A stretch of 50,157 bases of DNA from Bacteroidota bacterium (GTDB lineage Bacteria > Bacteroidota > Bacteroidia > NS11-12g > UBA955): NCBI GenBank assembly GCA_030832905.1, contig JAURIG010000003.1:1-50157 (forward strand), written 5' to 3'. The notes under the pieces are model-generated. The model had not been told where the DNA came from and did not search any database. It saw only the letters and a list, made by a program, of their open reading frames with translations. A program made the position numbers and the translations under genes. Positions 47,083 through 50,157 of this stretch are shown here, piece by piece (the stretch's first letter is position 1; the number at the start of each line of letters is the position of its first letter).

Positions 47083-48051
47083 ATGCGCATTCGATACATC
47101 AGTTACGGCGTTCATGAAACAGGTGGATCAAGACATGAAAAATTTTTATTTGACCAAGCGGTAGAATTTTATGCTCAAACCCAGGCGGTTAAGCCAGAAC
47201 AGATTCGCAAAAACAAATATTTCCAAACGCCTTTGGCCCATTTAGAATTGCTTATTTGGAGCTTTTTTAAAAGCCAAGCTGAATTGAATATCGTTACAGC
47301 CAAAACTGCTTTAATGGCGCTACTGCGCAATTGGTTTAACCAAAAAAAAGTTTGGATTGTGATGCACAACTTTAACGAAAACGATTGGTCAAGTCCAAGG
47401 TTGAGTTGGTATTACAAAACCTTATTCAAATTACTGCGCAAAAAAAATGACAACAAGTTTAAGGTCATTGTAGTGGCCCCTTTTTGGTCTCATTACTTTA
47501 AACAAACTTTGCAATTGCCCAATGTGCATTTATTCCCTAATTTTTTCAAAACCAATTGGTACCAAAGCTATTGTAATGAACCTAAAACCAAGCTTATCCA
47601 TTTGGGCCAATGGAGCAGTAAAAACGACCCTGCTATTTTTAAATTAGCAAAACACTTGAGTCAAAAAGGTTGGCAGTGTTATTTCACTACCCTTCAGCCA
47701 AAGCAAACACAATTAAGCAGTGCCCACTACCAAATCAAATACTTCGAACACTTCAAGGATTATATTGACGCCATGGCAAAATCTGAGTACACACTGGCCT
47801 TAAGTGGCATTCCCGAAGGCTGGAACCGAATAGCCCATGAAAGCTTATTGGTTTGCACGACAGTGATAGGATATAACAAGGGCGGTTTGGGAGACTTACT
47901 AAAAGAAAGTAAAAGTTATATTGTGAACTCCACAGAGGAAGCCATTCATTTGATAGAAACCAATCAAAAAGCTTGTGCCAGTTCTGAATTCATTCACAAA
48001 TACGATCTTAGTCAAGCCGAAAAATACATGATTAAACTATGCATGGATTAG
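47083..48051 (+). CDS. GT-B fold glycosyltransferase (GT4-like)
   Basis: TGG..H at the N-terminus, EGWNRIAHESLL..T.VIG...GGL.DLL nucleotide-sugar-binding region. Confidence 0.7.
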   Translation: MRIRYISYGVHETGGSRHEKFLFDQAVEFYAQTQAVKPEQIRKNKYFQTPLAHLELLIWSFFKSQAELNIVTAKTALMALLRNWFNQKKVWIVMHNFNENDWSSPRLSWYYKTLFKLLRKKNDNKFKVIVVAPFWSHYFKQTLQLPNVHLFPNFFKTNWYQSYCNEPKTKLIHLGQWSSKNDPAIFKLAKHLSQKGWQCYFTTLQPKQTQLSSAHYQIKYFEHFKDYIDAMAKSEYTLALSGIPEGWNRIAHESLLVCTTVIGYNKGGLGDLLKESKSYIVNSTEEAIHLIETNQKACASSEFIHKYDLSQAEKYMIKLCMD

Positions 48052-48992
48052 TCTCTATATTAATTCCTGTATACAATTCAGCAAAATCCTTAGAACGCTG
48101 TATTGCCTCTTGTTTGGCGCAAGACTATTCGCCCATCGAAATCATCATTATCAATGATGGTTCTACCGAAGGCGACTATCGTTTTTTAGCGCAATACGAC
48201 ACTTCTATTGTTCACTATTATTCAGAAGCTGAGCATCGAGGCATAGCGGCCACGAGAAACCAATTATTACAATTGGCTAAAGGGGAATTCATAGCCTGGA
48301 TTGATGCAGACGACTTCATGTTACCATCACGCATCAAAACCCAAGTGTCGTTTTTAACCACTCACCCTAATATCGATATTGTGGGATCTTATCTTACTGA
48401 TACCAAAGCGCCTTATCAAACTTATACCTGTCCACAAAAACATGCCGCCATAAAAGCCTGCTTGAAATACAAAAACTGCTTATTTCAACCCAGTATTTTA
48501 AGCCGACATTTTTACACAAAAGAAGGTATTCAATACGATGAGTCTTATGGCAACATTGCCGAAGATTATGCGCTTTGGCAAGTTTGTGTTGCGCGTAAAA
48601 CATTGGCCAATCTACCAATACCACTCACCGCTTATGACCACCCTAGCAATGAACGATTAGACAGCAAACGAACCGCTAATCAATTTGAAGAAAAGTCTTT
48701 GAGATTGCATGCTAGCCTTTGGGCGGAGAGTCAATTAAGTGGAGAGGAAACCAAGGCCTTGCATCATTTTTTATATCCAACATTAGACAATACTGCGATA
48801 GATTTTGAAAGCACTTTGAGTGCCCTTGAAAAACTAAATCGCGATGCGCAGTCAGATGATGAGCGCATTGTGAATGCTTATTACACCTTTTTACTTTGGG
48901 TAAAAGCACCACTTACTTATCAGTTAAATCATATATCTCACATGTTGAAGATAATAGCCTATAGGCAATACAAACAATGGTTTAAAGCTTAG
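48039..48992 (+). CDS. GT2 family glycosyltransferase
   Basis: VSILIPVYN, INDGST, RGIAATRN, WIDADD, AEDY. Confidence 0.88.
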   Translation: MHGLVSILIPVYNSAKSLERCIASCLAQDYSPIEIIIINDGSTEGDYRFLAQYDTSIVHYYSEAEHRGIAATRNQLLQLAKGEFIAWIDADDFMLPSRIKTQVSFLTTHPNIDIVGSYLTDTKAPYQTYTCPQKHAAIKACLKYKNCLFQPSILSRHFYTKEGIQYDESYGNIAEDYALWQVCVARKTLANLPIPLTAYDHPSNERLDSKRTANQFEEKSLRLHASLWAESQLSGEETKALHHFLYPTLDNTAIDFESTLSALEKLNRDAQSDDERIVNAYYTFLLWVKAPLTYQLNHISHMLKIIAYRQYKQWFKA

Positions 48993-50038
48993 TCTAATTG
49001 CTTAAAAGCCAATGCCGCAATACTTTTACCTATCGCTAAAGAGCTTGTAGCTGCTGGGCTTGGCGCATTCAATACATGGATTTGACCAGGCAATTCTCTG
49101 ATGGCAAAATCATCAATTAAGCCCCCAGTTTTATCGCAAGCTTGAGCCCTTACACCAGCACCTCCAACAACTAAATCACTGGCTTTGATATTGGGCATCA
49201 ATTTTTGTAAAGCTTTGGTAAAAGCCGCCTTACTGAAAGATCTGTACATTTCACCAAAACCTGTGCGCCAGTATTTTTTGAATACGGCAATGAATCCTGA
49301 CCAAGTCAAAGACTCTATCAATTCTTTTAAATTGATTTGAGATTTCTTATACCCTTCTCTTTTAAAGGCTAAAACAGCATTTGGGCCAGCTTCAATTTCA
49401 CCGTCTATGCGGCGGGTAAAATGCACCCCTAAAAATGGGAAGTTGGGATCTGGAACAGGGTAAATCAAATGCTTAACCATTTGTCTTTTCTCATGCTTCA
49501 AGGCATAATACTCGCCTCTGAATGGAATGATTTTAATATCGAGATCTGGGATGGTCATGGCGGCCACCTTATCGGAGTATAGTCCTGCGCAGTTCACCAT
49601 CAAACGCGTTGTAAAACTTTGTTGATTGGTTTTAACTTGTATTTCATGAGCTTGAGCATTTACCGCCACTACTTTTTGATTGTACATCAATTCGCCGCCT
49701 AAGGATTGATATACTTCAGCATACTTATTGGCCACAACTTTGTAATCGACTATACCTGTTTGAGGCACTACCAATCCTTTAACCCCATAGGTTTCAGGTT
49801 CAATGGCTTTGATCTCTTCAGAATTGATATAGCGCAAACCTGTTAAACCATTTTCAACCCCGCGCTTATAGATATTATCAAGCGCCGTTAATTCAGACTC
49901 AGAGGTCGCTACAATGATTTTACCACACAATTCAAATGGAATTTGATGCACTTTACAAAACTCAATCAACAGATGATAGCCTTCAATGCAATTCAGGGCT
50001 TTTAAACTCCCCGGTTTGTAATAAATACCACTGTGAAT
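48989..50038 (-). CDS. lhgO: L-2-hydroxyglutarate oxidase (N-terminus missing or replaced beyond 50038)
   Basis: IHSGIYYKPGSLKA, NCAGLYSD, FRGEYY, IYPVPDPNFPFLGVHFT, GVRAQA, NAPSPAATSSL. Confidence 0.9.
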   Translation of the reverse strand: MHSGIYYKPGSLKALNCIEGYHLLIEFCKVHQIPFELCGKIIVATSESELTALDNIYKRGVENGLTGLRYINSEEIKAIEPETYGVKGLVVPQTGIVDYKVVANKYAEVYQSLGGELMYNQKVVAVNAQAHEIQVKTNQQSFTTRLMVNCAGLYSDKVAAMTIPDLDIKIIPFRGEYYALKHEKRQMVKHLIYPVPDPNFPFLGVHFTRRIDGEIEAGPNAVLAFKREGYKKSQINLKELIESLTWSGFIAVFKKYWRTGFGEMYRSFSKAAFTKALQKLMPNIKASDLVVGGAGVRAQACDKTGGLIDDFAIRELPGQIHVLNAPSPAATSSLAIGKSIAALAFKQLD

Positions 50039-50157
50039 CGTGCGGTCATGGTTGGCGTGACGGGCCACCAGGTCCGGGTGATTATCAGCCTCGTATTTGG
50101 TTTTGGCCCCCACCTGGGTCTTGTCCTGTGTGTCACGAACCTGATATGTGTCAAAGG

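Overview
A ~50 kb chromosomal segment from a free-living Bacteroidota bacterium. The taxonomic call rests on TAnnTTTG -7 promoter boxes, PorT and a T9SS C-terminal sorting domain, and DUF1599/BT_3928-type DoxX/folP synteny. Most of the window is densely packed housekeeping and envelope genes (folP, kmo, aroA, gpsA, polX, fumC, tgt, ubiE/menG, engB, serS, holB, rsmG, lhgO, glycosyltransferases and an SGNH-SGNH-MBOAT O-acylation cluster). The variable part is 29.8-36.2 kb, around tRNA-Arg(TCT), tRNA-Pro(TGG) and tRNA-Ser(GCT). tRNA-Ser is followed by a ~125-130 bp-period array. Each unit has a terminator hairpin plus a 72-bp structured core, built from an inverted copy of the tRNA T-arm and the tRNA 3' end with a ~25-nt hairpin insert in the T-loop. 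Truncated copies of this unit bracket a ~1.75 kb AT-rich two-gene cassette whose first gene is frameshifted. Related motifs sit downstream of tRNA-Arg. No integrase or transposase is encoded in the window. This tRNA-anchored repeat/cassette arrangement is the best candidate for an undescribed system. The last ~120 bp look foreign and are probably a chimeric contig end. All product calls come from motif recognition by eye, with no database search.
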